Below are positions 37,751 through 52,619 of a stretch of 64,000 bases of DNA, piece by piece. The stretch's first letter is position 1; each line of letters opens with the position of its first letter. The position numbers and the translations under genes were made by a program. Source of the DNA: Octopus bimaculoides. Taxonomy: Eukaryota. The notes beneath the pieces were generated by a model, which did no database searches, had not been told where the DNA came from, and saw only the letters and a program-made list of their open reading frames with translations. The stretch covers positions 34,311,730-34,375,729 of the forward strand of contig NC_068982.1 of assembly GCF_001194135.2 (NCBI RefSeq). Direction: 5' to 3'.

Positions 37751-39278
37751 CCTTGTGGTGTGCGACCAGTTGCTGTGATAAAAAAAAGAGAAAAAAATCC
37801 CCACAGATGGTTTCAATACAATTTTAGCAGAGAGATTTCGAAGAGTTAGATGCAAGTTCTCTGGTAATTTTCTTTCATGTAAATAAAAAATGTTTATGTT
37901 AATTTAAAAATTTGCCAGCAAAATCTTATAAAATGACAATGTTCTAAAAGATGTACATGTTTAAATGTCATATATGAAAATTATCCAATTTAATAATATT
38001 GCAATCTTTCAGCGTCAATTGATATTACCATTACAAGTCCTCTTTTGTATCTATGTAACAATGTTTTCCAACAGTCATTTGTTACATAGATAACTTTGGA
38101 TATAAGAAAAATGAATGTTTAAAAAAATTGATGAAATTAAACTTTTTTTGTCGCACACTACATTTATATTTATTTGTTTCTTGTTTCGGTCATTTGACTG
38201 CAGCCATGCTGGAGCACCGCCTTGACGGGTTTTAATCGAACAAAGCGACCCCAGGGAATACTTTTTTTTTAAAGCCTAGTACTTATTCTATCGGTTATTT
38301 TTGCCGAACCACTAAGTTACGGAAGACGTAAGCACACCAACACCAGTTGCCAAGCGGTGGTAGAGGACAAATACAGACATAAATCACACACACACACATA
38401 CAAATCATCATCATCATCATCATCGTCGTTTAACGTCCGCTTTCCATGCTGGCACGGGTTGGACGGTTTGACTGAGGACTGGCGAGCCAGAAGGCTGCAC
38501 CAGGCTCCAATCTGATCTGGCAAAGTTTCTACAGCTGGATGCCCTTCCTAACAAATATATATATATATAGGTATGTTGGTGCAAACAAGAAAAACTCCAA
38601 ATATGAGTATATGTATATTTTTTATTTATATTTAATTGAAGCAACAGAGTGAATCAAGGTCCGAGAGTTTTATACGTTGGCACGAAAGTCTCAGATTTTG
38701 TGTCACTCCGTTTCTTTCAGTTTCCGTCTACCAAATCTACTCACAAGGCTTTGGTCGGCTCGAGGCTATAGTAGAAGACACTTGTCTATGATGCCACGCA
38801 GTGGGACTGAACCAGGATCCATAATAATATTCACTGCATGAACATTTTAATTTCATTTTGTATTTATGGAAAAATGCCATTGAAATTTCTTCGAAAATGG
38901 TTATTATAAGAAACCATATGTGTGCTGCTATTACCGATGAAGAGTTGAAATTTTTCAATGCTGTATACCAAACCAGGCAGTTAGTACGGCTATTGTTAAA
39001 AAATTTATTCCTACCTCTAAACATAGGATGCTTCCTAAATATGCAACAGAGTCGGTAAGGTTAATAGTTGGCAGCAAGAGCACAGCAGAATTGGAAGGAG
39101 ACAATTGGTATCAAACCCCAAAAGACTGGAACAAATGCTTGCATACAAACTTAGGCAAAGAAAAAAAAAAATCAGATTTTGTTCTGTAAACCACAGAAAA
39201 ATCGTTTTGCAGTTGAGACTCCGGAGACTAAGGTAGCGTTCTCAAACAAACATCACCACCACCAAACTACAACGATAA

Positions 39279-39327
<49 letters not shown>

Positions 39328-39557
39328 GGTTTCAAATTTTGGCACGAAGCCAGCAATTTCGGGAGAAGGGTAAGTCGATTACATCGATTCCATTGCTCAA
39401 CTGGTACTTATTTTTATCGACCCCGAAAGGATGAAAGGCAAAATCGACCTCAGCGGAATCCGAACACAGAACGTCAAGATGGGCGAAATACCGCTAAGCA
39501 TTGTGCCCGGCGTGCTAACGATTCTGCCAGCTCGCTGCCTTTCTTCTTCTTCTTCTT

Positions 39558-39614
<57 letters not shown>

Positions 39615-39909
39615 AGATTTANNNNNNNNNNNNNNNNNNNNNNNNNNNNNNNNNNNNNNNNNNNNNNNNNNNNNNNNNNNNNNNNNNNNNNNNNNNNNNN
39701 NNNNNNNNNNNNNNNNNNNNNNNNNNNNNNNNNNNNNNNNNNNNNNNNNNNNNNNNNNNNNNNNNNNNNNNNNNNNNNNNNNNNNNNNNNNNNNNNNNNN
39801 NNNNNNNNNNNNNNNNNNNNNNNNNNNNNNNNNNNNNNNNNNNNNNNNNNNNNNNNNNNNNNNNNNNNNNNNNNNNNNNNNNNNNNNNNNCTTTCTTCTT
39901 CTTCTTCTT

Positions 39910-39960
<51 letters not shown>

Positions 39961-40618
39961 AGATTTAGTAGTAACTATTTCACTATACTTTGCTGATGAA
40001 ATCTATTAAGACCAAACACAGACATATGTCCGTCAAAAGGCTTACTGTTTGTACAGTTACTACCGTACAGACATTCAGTTATTAATGACACCTAGAGTTC
40101 GTTCATTCACTAAGATGCTAATATTCTTTCAAATCATTCCAAGATCTGACACTAACCATTAAAACTATGGTTTGCTGATGAAGTTTAACAAGTTCGAGCA
40201 AGTTTGAAAGTTTAACAAGTTCGAAGTTGTCATCATATTAACAAATATTACACTTACTATACTTCGCATTTATTCAAAATTATATTCAAGGTCGTCTCCC
40301 CTGCCTTTCCTGATCAGAATTAGTCATTGAGGACAAGGTTGTTATTTTCCTTTTTACTACAAGTAATTTTAATGAATTAAAATTTCTTGTCACACAACTT
40401 GAAGTAGTCGGCAAACACTTTACTGTTGATTATAATAATAAAAATTTTGCCAATAAGCCGAATGACTTTTTCCTATGCTAACCACTCAAACGTTAAACAG
40501 GTCGTTGCCAACGACACTGTTTTAGCACAGTTGCCTCGACTTATTTAAAAGGAGTAACCAAACCCGAAATAAGATTATTCATATTCTACTATTTTTAGAA
40601 AGAGATCACTCTTTAGAT

Positions 40619-40914
40619 CAGGGGTTTTCAAACTGTGGTCCGCGGACCACAGGGGGTCCGCAAGGACAAGACAGGGGGTCCGTAGGCAGCAAATACTTTT
40701 TATGGGCAATTTGATTTTATTATATGTTTTTTAATCGAAATCTTTTAATTGACAATAAACCTATTTGTTAAATACTGTTAAATAAATAAATGTAAAAATA
40801 TGTTATTTTAAGCAAATATTTATGTATAAATTTCATAAGCGTTTATAAGGGGGTCCCTAAGGTAAAGCCTGAAATATAAAGGGGTCCGCAAGTCAAAAAG
40901 TTTGAAAACCCCTG
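40619..40914. mobile_element. hAT (Charlie/Buster-type) MITE
   Basis: Perfect 16-bp TIR CAGGGGTTTTCAAACT / AGTTTGAAAACCCCTG; 8-bp TSD ctttagat / cattagat with central TA. Confidence 0.9.
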
Positions 40915-43900
40915 CATTAGATAAGGTAGTCCAAATAACTTAGGCCTGAGTAAAAGACGGGCTGGTCATGGCTGGAATGAATTTGATCTCAGGTCTTGTT
41001 GGATCGTCAAAGATACAATCAACAATGCAGTGAACGGGGTATGAGGGATGGAAGAAAATTTAGTTTAGTAAAGTTGTGTATTTATCCGTAAGTGAACCTT
41101 GATCGAGCGGATTTATTGTCAAAGGCATTCTAGCCATGACTATCCTATCTTTTTGAATATTTAGAACTGTATTGCCCAACATGATCTTCTGTTTTGAAGA
41201 AGACAAAGTGTGGTTTGAAGGAAATTTGACTACTATTTCTAGCAAAGTTGAGCGAACGCATGAACTTATTGGTCTAGTAGTCAATGACTGAGCAACTTAC
41301 TCTATATCGATCGAATCGAACTCATTGCAAGCTCGATACATATTTTATTTCATCAACTTCAGGAAGGATGAACGCACGCTCAGTTTTAGGAGTCGATGAA
41401 ATCATTGTCCCAGAGAAAGAAACTAAGTCGGGATCTGAGAATTGCATCGGGATAAATCTAAATGCATAAAACACGAAGCAATGAGTATTACTAAATTGAT
41501 CCCACAGCTCTCTCACGAGTTACTTAAACAACTAGTCACGATATTATATCAATGTTGGTTGATTCATAAGATACAATTATACCAGTTGCTATTGTTAGAC
41601 ATCGTACGGTGATGCGTCAATGTAATGTGCTGTGTGTATATGCTTGCGTGAAGCTGTGTGTTTGTGATCTGCAATGTTTTCCATTGCATACCTCCTCTCC
41701 TCTCGTTTCTTCTTATCCTCGCTCTTCTTTCTCTATCAACGCACCATCTACGAGTCAACCTAAGAGGCTCTAAGTAGTTACAAGACATACTAGAAATAGC
41801 AGTAAGATCTCTATCAAACCACACAGTCTAATATTATAAAAAGGACCCCATGGAATAAATGTAATCCTAGATAATTAATTTCTGCAAAAAAAAAAAAAAA
41901 AAAAAAAAAGGAAAGAAAAGAAAACTCAGTAAGGTCTTGGTTGAATGTTTTTATCTTAAGACAGAGATGCTTGATCAGAGCTGACTAGGGGGCTAAACAA
42001 AACGATCTTTCAATTTATTTTATTTTGTTTTCTGCACAAGATCATTATCATTTATTGAAATAAAGGGCTGAAGGACAACGATGAGTACCCGAGTTTTGGT
42101 TCGATTCCCAATCAAAGCCAATTTATTCCTTTTAGTTATATTGTTTTGAGAAAGGCACGGAAAGCCATCTCAGAAAAGTGGCTAAGTTAGACCCTGGCGA
42201 GAATTTCGAAAGGAAAACCCGACTTAATACTTTCAAAGTATTGTTGTCCAATACTCTTACGTTTCTACCTTAGAAACAACAAATAATGAAGTCTACTCAA
42301 TGAAGGTTGGTCTGAGGCTAAACAACAATAGCAAATGAATTCTCAAGTCAACGAGGGAGCCTCGACATATTAGAAATAGCAGCTGAATCCTCTTCAAAAC
42401 ACTCGTGCTATTGTCTTTACAAAAATGGATGGACGACTTTGATCACCAGCCTGCTCAACCAGGGATGATCTGAGGGTTAAACAACAGGTACAACAAATGC
42501 AAACCAAAGACAAAGAGTCTCTTCGTGGTCGCTCTATCGGCTGAAAATAGCAGTCAAATTCTTGACAAACCGCACCATATCATCTTAACCCCCTACCCCC
42601 ATAAAAAACAATACGGGCATTAAATAATGTAGTCCTAGATACATTGTCTAAAAATACGATTGGAGCATTTTGAACAGAACTGAACTGGGGACAAATAACA
42701 ACATCAACAATAATAAAGAAACATGGTGTAACAAAACAAACTAGAAACAATAAAGTAAGCTGCTAACAAGTGAAACTGTACGTGGACACTCGATTTGCTA
42801 GAAATATCAGCCAAATCTCCTTCTACATCCATTCGTATCATTTCTCATCGAGATTGACATTGCCTTTCATCACTCAGGAAGTAATACCAAACCAGGTATT
42901 CGACTCGTTTTATTATTCAATCCTCTTTCTTTCCCCTCAAGAATTGTGTGTGATATTGTGTTTATTTTAGAAATTATTCTTATTTTGGTGGAATCGATAT
43001 AGAGCCAGAGCTAATTGCCTTGCAATAATTAGTTAAGTTCCATTAGTTATAAATTCAAAGCTCTCAAAGGCCTACTTTGTGTTTCATCATTCCAGGATCG
43101 ATAAAATTAAATTCCAACTAGGCATTAATGTCGATTAAATCTACGACACGTTTTCCCTAAAATTCCAAGCCCTAATGCTGTTAGAATCAGAAGAATAACG
43201 CGTTTAACGCACTAAGCTATTTACTTACATCCATCTACGTTTCAATTTCAAACTCCGTCGAAATCAGGCTTTGCTTTTCATCTTCCCAGTATGTCGATAG
43301 AATAATTACTAGTCGTACCGGCGTCGATTTAATTGACTATATCAGATCACCAGACCAATTTGTAGCCTTGTGCCTGGAAGGTGAAACAGAATGGCTAGCA
43401 AGCCGGCCTCCGCTTAGTATGCGCCTGACGGTTGGAGAAATCAGCTGGGCAAAGCGTACATATTCCTTGGTAGTCTGGGAAATATCAAATCCGTGGGCCC
43501 CTTGATTGACCCTAGGTGATGAACCTACTTTTGGATCTTTCTAATATGTGTATACTATCATATTTTTCTTTCATTTCATTTCCTATATAAAAGCAGTTTT
43601 TCTAACGTGTCCTTGTAATGTTCTTTCATCTGTCGCTCTTGTGACAGTAATAAAGAGTTCATAATAATATAGTTCCGAAGTGGGCGGTGAGCTGGTAGAA
43701 TCGGTAAAGCGTCAGAAAAAAAAACAAAAACAAAAACAAAACAAAACACTTTCCGTTATTTATTCCGACACTTTAACACTATGAGTTCAAATCCTGCCTT
43801 TTTATCCTTTGAGTCGATAAAATAAAGTACTAGGGCTGGTGGTATTCAATCCCTTCAAAAACGCTGGCCTTGCGAAGCTCGACAGATTGTCAGACTGGGC

Positions 43901-44914
43901 AATATTTAATTGTGTCGCATTACATTCTGAGTTCAAACCTCGCCGGGGTTGACTTTTCTATCCTTCGGAAGTTGATAAATTAAGGTGCCAATCAAATAGT
44001 GGGTTCGATTTAATCGACTAATTCCACTCAAAATTGCTGGCCTTATACGTAGCCAGTGGATTGACAGAATCTTTAGAGTGTCGGAAAAAAATAGCTTGCG
44101 GTATTTTTTCTGGCTGCTTACATTCACAGTTAAAATCTCATCGAAATCAACTTAACCTTTCATCCCTCCGTGGTCGAAAAAATAAATTACTCATAAAGTA
44201 CTGGGGTCAATGATATCTATTAACCACTCTCCTCAAAATTACTAGCCTTGCGCCTAAATCAGACACCATTATTATTACGAAGGGTTGACCATAGGTTTCA
44301 AGTATTGTGCCTATATTAGAAAGGATTGTTGTCACTATAGCTTGTCAGAATCCGTAAATCGTGCGAAATTTACGTCACGCCGCTTGACATAGTCAATTCA
44401 GATTTTTGTTGAGGTTGGCTTTTTGGTTTGGTTCGGTTATTTTACCAAGTTGCAACAAGTTGTTTTAAAAGCTCTCTCTCCCTCCCTCCCTCCCTCCCTC
44501 TTTCTCTCTCTCTCTCTATCTACGTATGTATGTATGTATGTAGGTATAACCTAACGCATTTTTTCCTGGCTCTTTTTTTTATCTCCTTTCATCTTTCCTG
44601 AACCTTCCTCTAGTATCCGACGGGCAAAGTGCTTAGTGGTATTTCTTCTGGCTCTTTACGATCTGAGTTCAAATTTCTCCGTGCTCGACTTTACATTTCA
44701 TCCTTTCGAGATCAATAACATAAGTACCAGTTGAGTTCTGAGTCGATGTAATCAGTTATGGTTGTGTCGTTAAGAAATTCGCTTTGCAACCACAAAGTTT
44801 TGGGTTCAGTCCCACTGCGTGGAATTTAGGGCAAATATCTTCTACAATAGCTTTGTGAATGAATTTGGTAGACGGAAACTGTATGCAAGCGCGCCGTATG
44901 TGTGTGTGTGAGTC

Positions 44915-45264
44915 GGTACTTTTTGGTCACCTCACCCCCATTAAAAAATTCCCATTAAAAAATTGGGTTATCTCCCCACTAAAAAAGTTGATTTTATGTG
45001 ACGACAAGAAATTGAATTAAAAGGGTTAGATCCTTTTGATTCAGTACTTCAACACATTGTTGACTTTTGGCCTCCTCAATAGGAATGGTCTGATTTGTTA
45101 TAAAAATGTTATTAGATTCAATAAGACGTTTAATCTTTTCGCTTTTCATGTTTATCAATTTTTCATTTCTTTTCGTTTTACTGAGGGTTAAACAATTTTT
45201 TTAGTTTGGGAGATAACCCAATTTTTTAACGGGGTGGGGTGGGGTGAGATAACCAAAAAGTACC
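44915..45264. mobile_element. MITE with long (~70 bp) imperfect TIRs inserted in a plus-strand family-B SINE (44755-45485)
   Basis: Left ggtactttttggtcacctcacccc...ttaaaaaattgggttatctcccc; right gggagataacccaattttttaa...ggggtgagataaccaaaaagtacc. No clear TSD. Confidence 0.7.
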
Positions 45265-46966
45265 TCTTAGCGTTTGTATTTGTCCCCCTTCACCCAAGCC
45301 ACCGCTTGACAACCGATGTTAGTTTGTTTACGTATCGGTGACTTAGTAGTGTTCGGCAAAAATGACCGATAGAACAAGTACCAGACTTAGAAAAATAACT
45401 ACTGGGGTCGGTTTGTTCGATTAAACCATTGAAGGCGATACCCCAGTATGGCCGCAATCCAAAGACTGAAACAAGTAAAAGGTAAAAATTTAGGTATGAA
45501 TCATCCCAATGGCTGCATTCACATGTTTAGAAAATGAGTATGATAAAGTACGTCTGGTACGTTTAAAAACGTAGACAGTCTTTGGCTAAGCTCTGTTAAT
45601 TCCATTGTTTAGAGCCGGATAGTAACTTATTTCAGTAAAAACTCATTTTTCATTTTTATACATCTGTACAACATGACCTACATTTATATTAATTACATCA
45701 CATCTTACGTATAAAACAGAGCCGTGTATTCTGCCACTTTCATCACCGGCAACATGAAATTAAACAAATCGTCTTCCTCTCTGTCTCTCTCGGTCTGTTT
45801 GTCTGTCTGTCTCTCTCATACACACACGACTCTCTAGAGCAGTTATGGGCAAACTTCGACCCGCGGGACTTTCCGAATAACACGCCTAACGAAAAATTAC
45901 CTTGAATGTTTTGGTAGTGCAAGTCTGCTTGATTATGAACCATGTCCTCATGTGGCCTACTTCTCGAAGAAGGTTGCCTATATCTAATAATCTAATCTAA
46001 AGCTATCAGTTGCACAACAGACAACAAATACATCCGCATGAAAACACAGTCATCTTGGTATATGATCGTGGGTTGATGAGTAATCGAAACAGTTTTTGAA
46101 AACATTTTTTTATCAGTTTACCCGAATGCAGTGGTTCTCAACCGGGATCCATATGGCCCTTGGAGTTCCGTGTAAAAGTTTGTCGTTAAAATTTATGTAC
46201 AATAAAAGAATAATTTTAGGGGTAATTTTACCTAGTGGGAGCAGTGTGGAGTTTAATGCAAAGTGGACAACAAATTTGGAGGCTTTCTTTTGGGGGAGCC
46301 TTAGCTTCAGAATCAACCATCAAGTAGAGGAAGGTGGGATACTGCAGAATTAAGGGTCACTTCTACGTTAACGTTTCTCACAGCTGATTTGAAAGAGAGG
46401 TAGACAAATTAGCATGTTTAATAAAATTAAGATGGTTTCCAATTTCTTAAAGTTGTCCAATACCATGGTGAAGAAAGAAGGTATGTAAGAATGCAAGCCC
46501 TGTTTTATCGTCTCAATAATAAAAGGGAAGGGCCGTTTGAGAACTTTCGGTCGACGCCACATTTAAGGGACTGTATTTGAAAATGCAGTACGAGGTTTTA
46601 TGAATACTTCACAAAGAATATAAAACGGACTCCTGTACCGGACAGATGCATGTTTTTTGTCGGTTCTGGGGGATGAAAAGTAAAGCTTAAATGGCCGACA
46701 CAATGAATTGGCAGAAACAAAAATACTAATCATATTAGTGGTTCTCAAACTTTTGTTGTTCAGTGTCCCTCATTCATCGAAGACGTTTTACAAACGATCT
46801 CTTAGCATATTTTTTTATTTTTAAAAAGTTTAATAGAATCTAATTTGGCTCGGTGGTTTATTACCTGTATTTCTGATAACTGTCTCATTCAGCGCGTGCC
46901 TCTTTTTAGATATTTAAATGAACTTAACCCCTCTTTCTTTCTCCCTTCAGTGGCCTTCATTTAAAA

Positions 46967-47197
46967 CAGTGGTTCTCAACCATTTCTTTGACTATGGACC
47001 TCTTTGATTCCTGTTTAACTAGGGTGGAGCCTCAAAGCCATTTGATGCTTAAAAAGTCTTATATTTTTATAATTAAATATTATTAAGAATTGCATAAAAA
47101 ATGTTAAAATGTTTTGCGTATTGTAGAAATATAACCAATTTATCGAAAATAAATTTTAACAACAAAATCTTATATGGACCCTGGTTGAGAACCACTG
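46967..47197. mobile_element. hAT (Charlie/Buster-type) MITE
   Basis: 15-bp TIR CAGTGGTTCTCAACC / GGTTGAGAACCACTG; TSD atttaaaa / ctttaaaa. Confidence 0.88.
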
Positions 47198-47223
47198 CTT
47201 TAAAAGCTGTTCTTGAACAATGG

Positions 47224-47560
47224 TGTTATACTCGTAGCCGAAGTATGTAGCCTACTAGTTCTAATCTTCGTTCTGTGATGATTTCGCTAAGTAGTATTGT
47301 GTTAGCGCTCTTTAATATGTCTTCATTGGTTATATGGTCTTGGCAGTACATTCTCAGAATGCTCCTCCAGCATCTTTGGTAGAGTACATTTATGCTGATC
47401 TTTTCTTTTGGTTTTTGAAACATAATGAAATCGTATTGGACTTTGGTACACCATCAATCATGTTTCTACTCACTGATGTGCTATTTATATTCTAATCCTG
47501 ACAAAGATTTGTTTCTTTTGAAAATGTACTGAAGATTAAGTATTTCACCTAGTTTAAATA
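47224..47560 (-). mobile_element. RTE/BovB-like LINE ORF2 fragment
   Basis: KISINVLYQRCWRSILRMYCQDHITNEDILKSANTILLSEIITERRLELVGYILRL resembles the F..RCLRRIL.I.WQD.ITNE.VL...RL...GHILR block. Confidence 0.7.
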
Positions 47561-48854
47561 TTTTATTTCTGTTTCTGGGAAAATACACGATCCCCTAAAC
47601 ATAAGGCACTCTCTTCTGAGCTCATAACCTCCAGGGTGAATGCCCTGTAGGGGAGAATGTTGTGAATATGTATTTTTCGTATCTTTGATTCGTTATAAGA
47701 TAAATAATTCTCAACATGACAAATTCATAAATATACAACTTGTATTAAAATTACGGTTTTTGGTCTGTTTTGGTTTGTAGTTGTTTTTTCTATATTGGCT
47801 TTAAACTTTGTCAGTAATTTGTTTAAAATTTCTGTTTCGGGCAAAGGTTAACTAATCTGTTAGAAATGAAATCATCATATAGTCTTAAAATACAAAAACA
47901 AAACAGCGTACACAAGATAATGTAGACCTAGATACAATATGTTTGAAAAAAGATTGGATGGTCAGGACTCGAACGTCTATGATCACAGATCCACTCGATC
48001 ACTAGTGACCTGCTGCTAACCAAGAATAACAAATGACTATACATGCATGCGTCGTACAGGGCTGTCTTAGCAACATTATAAACTCCCGGGGAAAATCAAT
48101 GCATTGGGCTTTACAGTATTTATTTATTGATAGCAAACCACAGATTAGAACTGGGACCCTAAACCAGTAAGGCCTACAGGCAACTGACTAGTGTGCTCAT
48201 GCCATAAGACGGTACTGGTGTTGTAGGAATATAGAGTTGATGTGATCTTTGACAATCTGAGCTCAAATCCTGTTGAGACTGACTCTGCCTTTCAAGCCTC
48301 TGGGTACGATTAAATTATAGACTAGTTTACAAGTATCGGAGTTCGATTAAATCGCCTATCAACAGATCAGATCACTGAAGGGGATGTCCCAGCGTGGTCT
48401 TAGTCCAATGATTGAAGCCAGTGGAGTAATATGATTTAGAACGAACAGCATTTACATGAGTTTTTGAAAGAAGCCAAATATCTCAAAGCAAATCAGTCAA
48501 GTAGGTAGTTAAATATTTACTTGTAAAGAGGAGGAGGATAGAGAGAGAGGCAGAGGGGAAAAGAAACAGAGAAAAAGAGGGGTAAAGGAAAAGAGAAAGG
48601 GAAGAAGAAAGAAGATGAGACAGAGAGAGGAGAGAGAGAGAGAGAAAGAGAGGAAAAGCGAGGGGAGAAAGAAAGTGTGAGAGAAATGGGGGGGGGGTGA
48701 GGAGAAGGAAGAAAAAGAGATAGAAAGGGAGGGAGAAGAGAAAAGACAGAGGGAAGAGGGAAGGAGAAAGAGAGACAGAGAGAGAAACAAAGAGAGAAAG
48801 AAAGTGAAAGGAAGAGAGGGGAGAATGAAAGCGCGCGCGCGTATGTGTGTGTGT

Positions 48855-48895
<41 letters not shown>

Positions 48896-49224
48896 GGAGA
48901 GACTTGACGTTGATCAGACTAGCAGACATGCCAGCACTGGAATGGAATGACTAATAAGAGACACTCATGTCATGTACGACACAAGTGTGTGTGTGTGTGT
49001 GTGTGTGTGTACCTGTGGTTGCTTCTAAATACTACCCGTAATATACATGTTAACACTATCTTAGCCATTCTGCGCGTATTTTGAGTGCAGTAGATACGAA
49101 ATAATACCCAAGTTGCGAACCAACAACAGTTCGCCCCCACCAAAAATAACAGCTAAAATCAGTCTCAAATCTCATCTCTCACTCCCTTGTCTTTTAACAA
49201 GGACGGCAAAGTGTTTATAAGATA

Positions 49225-49517
49225 CTCTTTTACTCTTTTACTTGTTTCAGTCATTTGACTGCGGCCATGCTGGAGCACCGCCTTTAGTCGAGCGAATCGA
49301 CCCCAGGACTTATTCTTTGTAAACCTGGTACTTATTCTGTCGGTCTTTTTTGCCGAACCGCTAAGTTACGGGGACGTAAACACACTACCATCGGTTGTCA
49401 AGCGATGTTGGGGGGGGGGCGAACACAGACACACAAACATACAAACACACACACACATATATATATATACATATATATTCGACGAGCTTCTTTCAGTTTC
49501 CGTCTACCAAATCCACT
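49225..49517 (-). mobile_element. SINE family B, young copy truncated by a gap
   Basis: Near-identical to 6950-7230. Confidence 0.85.
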
Positions 49518-50096
49518 NNNNNNNNNNNNNNNNNNNNNNNNNNNNNNNNNNNNNNNNNNNNNNNNNNNNNNNNNNNNNNNNNNNNNNNNNNNNNNNNNNN
49601 NNNNNNNNNNNNNNNNNNNNNNNNNNNNNNNNNNNNNNNNNNNNNNNNNNNNNNNNNNNNNNNNNNNNNNNNNNNNNNNNNNNNNNNNNNNNNNNNNNNN
49701 NNNNNNNNNNNNNNNNNNNNNNNNNNNNNNNNNNNNNNNNNNNNNNNNNNNNNNNNNNNNNNNNNNNNNNNNNNNNNNNNNNNNNNNNNNNNNNNNNNNN
49801 NNNNNNNNNNNNNNNNNNNNNNNNNNNNNNNNNNNNNNNNNNNNNNNNNNNNNNNNNNNNNNNNNNNNNNNNNNNNNNNNNNNNNNNNNNNNNNNNNNNN
49901 NNNNNNNNNNNNNNNNNNNNNNNNNNNNNNNNNNNNNNNNNNNNNNNNNNNNNNNNNNNNNNNNNNNNNNNNNNNNNNNNNNNNNNNNNNNNNNNNNNNN
50001 NNNNNNNNNNNNNNNNNNNNNNNNNNNNNNNNNNNNGTAGTAACAAGTTCTGCTAGGCAAAAAAAAACAAAACAAAAAGAAAAACAAAACCCATAG

Positions 50097-50167
<71 letters not shown>

Positions 50168-50392
50168 CATGGTTTACAACGGACCAATGAGAGAGCACCG
50201 ACGTGGTGGTTTGACTTGCTAGAAATAACAACCAAATTTCCCCGAAATCCATAATAATAATGATAATACACCCCCGTCTTCAACCCGGAAGGACACGTTT
50301 GATAACGTACATCGCATCTGGGTGATATAGTCCTAGTTGCTTTCTTTGATTATAAGCTTGGTTTATGAAAAATTAAAGCCAATAACATCATA

Positions 50393-50428
<36 letters not shown>

Positions 50429-50587
50429 CAGCAGCAGCAGTGTTAATTGTAGTAGCAGCGGTGGTGGTTTGTAGCAACAACAGTATCCTCTGCTGGATGA
50501 CAACAAAAGCAGGCCACTAGATTTGTCACGTACATGTTATGCGCGCGCGCGCACAGACACACACATACACACAAGTACGTACGTATG

Positions 50588-50618
<31 letters not shown>

Positions 50619-51720
50619 TACATGTCAAGAAAGTTAAAACGTAAAAAAAAAAAAAAAAATTGAAAAACTATATAGATAAAAAAAGCAAGCAGAGATATCA
50701 AGCAATCCATATACAACTAAGATGTAAACAAAAACATTGAGGCGTGCTATCTATCTATCAGGAGGCACTATGAGACTTCTTACTACGAGTGAGAGAAAAA
50801 TAAAATAAAAATATGTTACTTGCAATAATGTATACAAACTGAAAACATAAGCAGAAAGCAGTTCGGGGCATATACATATATGTATGTATCCCTGCATATG
50901 CTTAAATATCATTTGTATTATTATTATATATATATATATATATATTTATACAAACACATATTGATTGCTACTTTTTTCAACCAGGCTGTCTGCTAAGCAT
51001 TTGTTCCTCGAGGTTCTCGTAGACTCCTGCCTCAGAATGCATATTTAAAAAAAATTAATTTACCTTTTAGTCGGTNNNNNNNNNNNNNNNNNNNNNNNNN
51101 NNNNNNNNNNNNNNNNNNNNNNNNNNNNNNNNNNNNNNNNNNNNNNNNNNNNNNNNNNNNNNNNNNNNNNNNNNNNNNNNNNNNNNNNNNNNNNNNNNNN
51201 NNNNNNNNNNNNNNNNNNNNNNNNNNNNNNNNNNNNNNNNNNNNNNNNNNNNNNNNNNNNNNNNNNNNNNNNNNNNNNNNNNNNNNNNNNNNNNNNNNNN
51301 NNNNNNNNNNNNNNNNNNNNNNNNNNNNNNNNNNNNNNNNNNNNNNNNNNNNNNNNNNNNNNNNNNNNNNNNNNNNNNNNNNNNNNNNNNNNNNNNNNNN
51401 NNNNNNNNNNNNNNNNNNNNNNNNNNNNNNNNNNNNNNNNNNNNNNNNNNNNNNNNNNNNNNNNNNNNNNNNNNNNNNNNNNNNNNNNNNNNNNNNNNNN
51501 NNNNNNNNNNNNNNNNNNNNNNNNNNNNNNNNNNNNNNNNNNNNNNNNNNNNNNNNNNNNNNNNNNNNNNNNNNNNNNNNNNNNNNNNNNNNNNNNNNNN
51601 NNNNNNNNNNNNNNNNNNNNNNNNNNNNNNNNNNNNNNNNNNNNATTGGCTTGTTTGCTGTACGTATTTCCAGAACAGTCAGGTAGTTTAATATAAATAT
51701 ATTCTTTTCTTTAAAAAATT

Positions 51721-51768
<48 letters not shown>

Positions 51769-52565
51769 ACGTTAGATTTTAGGAACTGAAGAAATCATAA
51801 TTATGTGTAGTTAGATAAATTTAGAATTGCAATTTTAAAATGTGCGTAATTTCTTTAATACTCATACGTACGTACAGACATACATATGTTTGTGTATGTA
51901 TTTATGTACAAATATATATATTAGGCGAAACTAATCCAGTGGAACTCAATTAAGGCTGATGTTATATGAACCATACAGGAAGATAAGTTCAACCTTGCTA
52001 GAAATAGCAGTTAAAATTCTCTCTAAACACATTTACTGTCCAAACTGAAAGGGATGCGTTAAAATATGGAGACCTAAGTAAACAAAAACAAAACAAACAA
52101 ACAAAAACATTGTTAAACAACAACAATAATCGATGTTAATACAAGGCGATAGCAACAACAGTAGTTTTTCAAGTAGGGCAGTTGTTGCAGCGCTTCAGGG
52201 TTCAACAAATAACACACCTTTAGCTGAGACAAGAAATATGTTGTTTGCTGACAGATAGCCTCATAAACAACACGAAAACGTAATAACACAGATTAGATTA
52301 GGTTTATTAATAAAAAAAGAAGAAAAGAATTAGTCAACAAATCCGAAAATAATACAGGAGTGTTATAAATTTGTGTGTGTGTGTGTGTGTGTGTGTGTGA
52401 ACATAGATAAATTTGATGTGGTAAAACTTCAGTTTGTAACGATTTCGCTGGAGAAAGTAAACAAATGTAAATGTACATTTCTCTCTCCATACAATCGCCA
52501 ATAATTATAGGCTATTTTACATTTTACGTATTACGTTCTGTCTCCCGTTTGTAAACGTACCTGTT

Positions 52566-52619
<54 letters not shown>

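Noticed and set aside
38858-39058. 66-aa plus-strand ORF ending near a gtaagg donor-like site
   Set aside because: No recognisable homology, no convincing acceptor, and embedded among repeats.
39541-39967. Apparent duplication of (CTT)n(CTA)n-agattta on both sides of a gap (similar at ~60060-60345)
   Set aside because: Most likely unmerged overlapping contig ends rather than a biological duplication.
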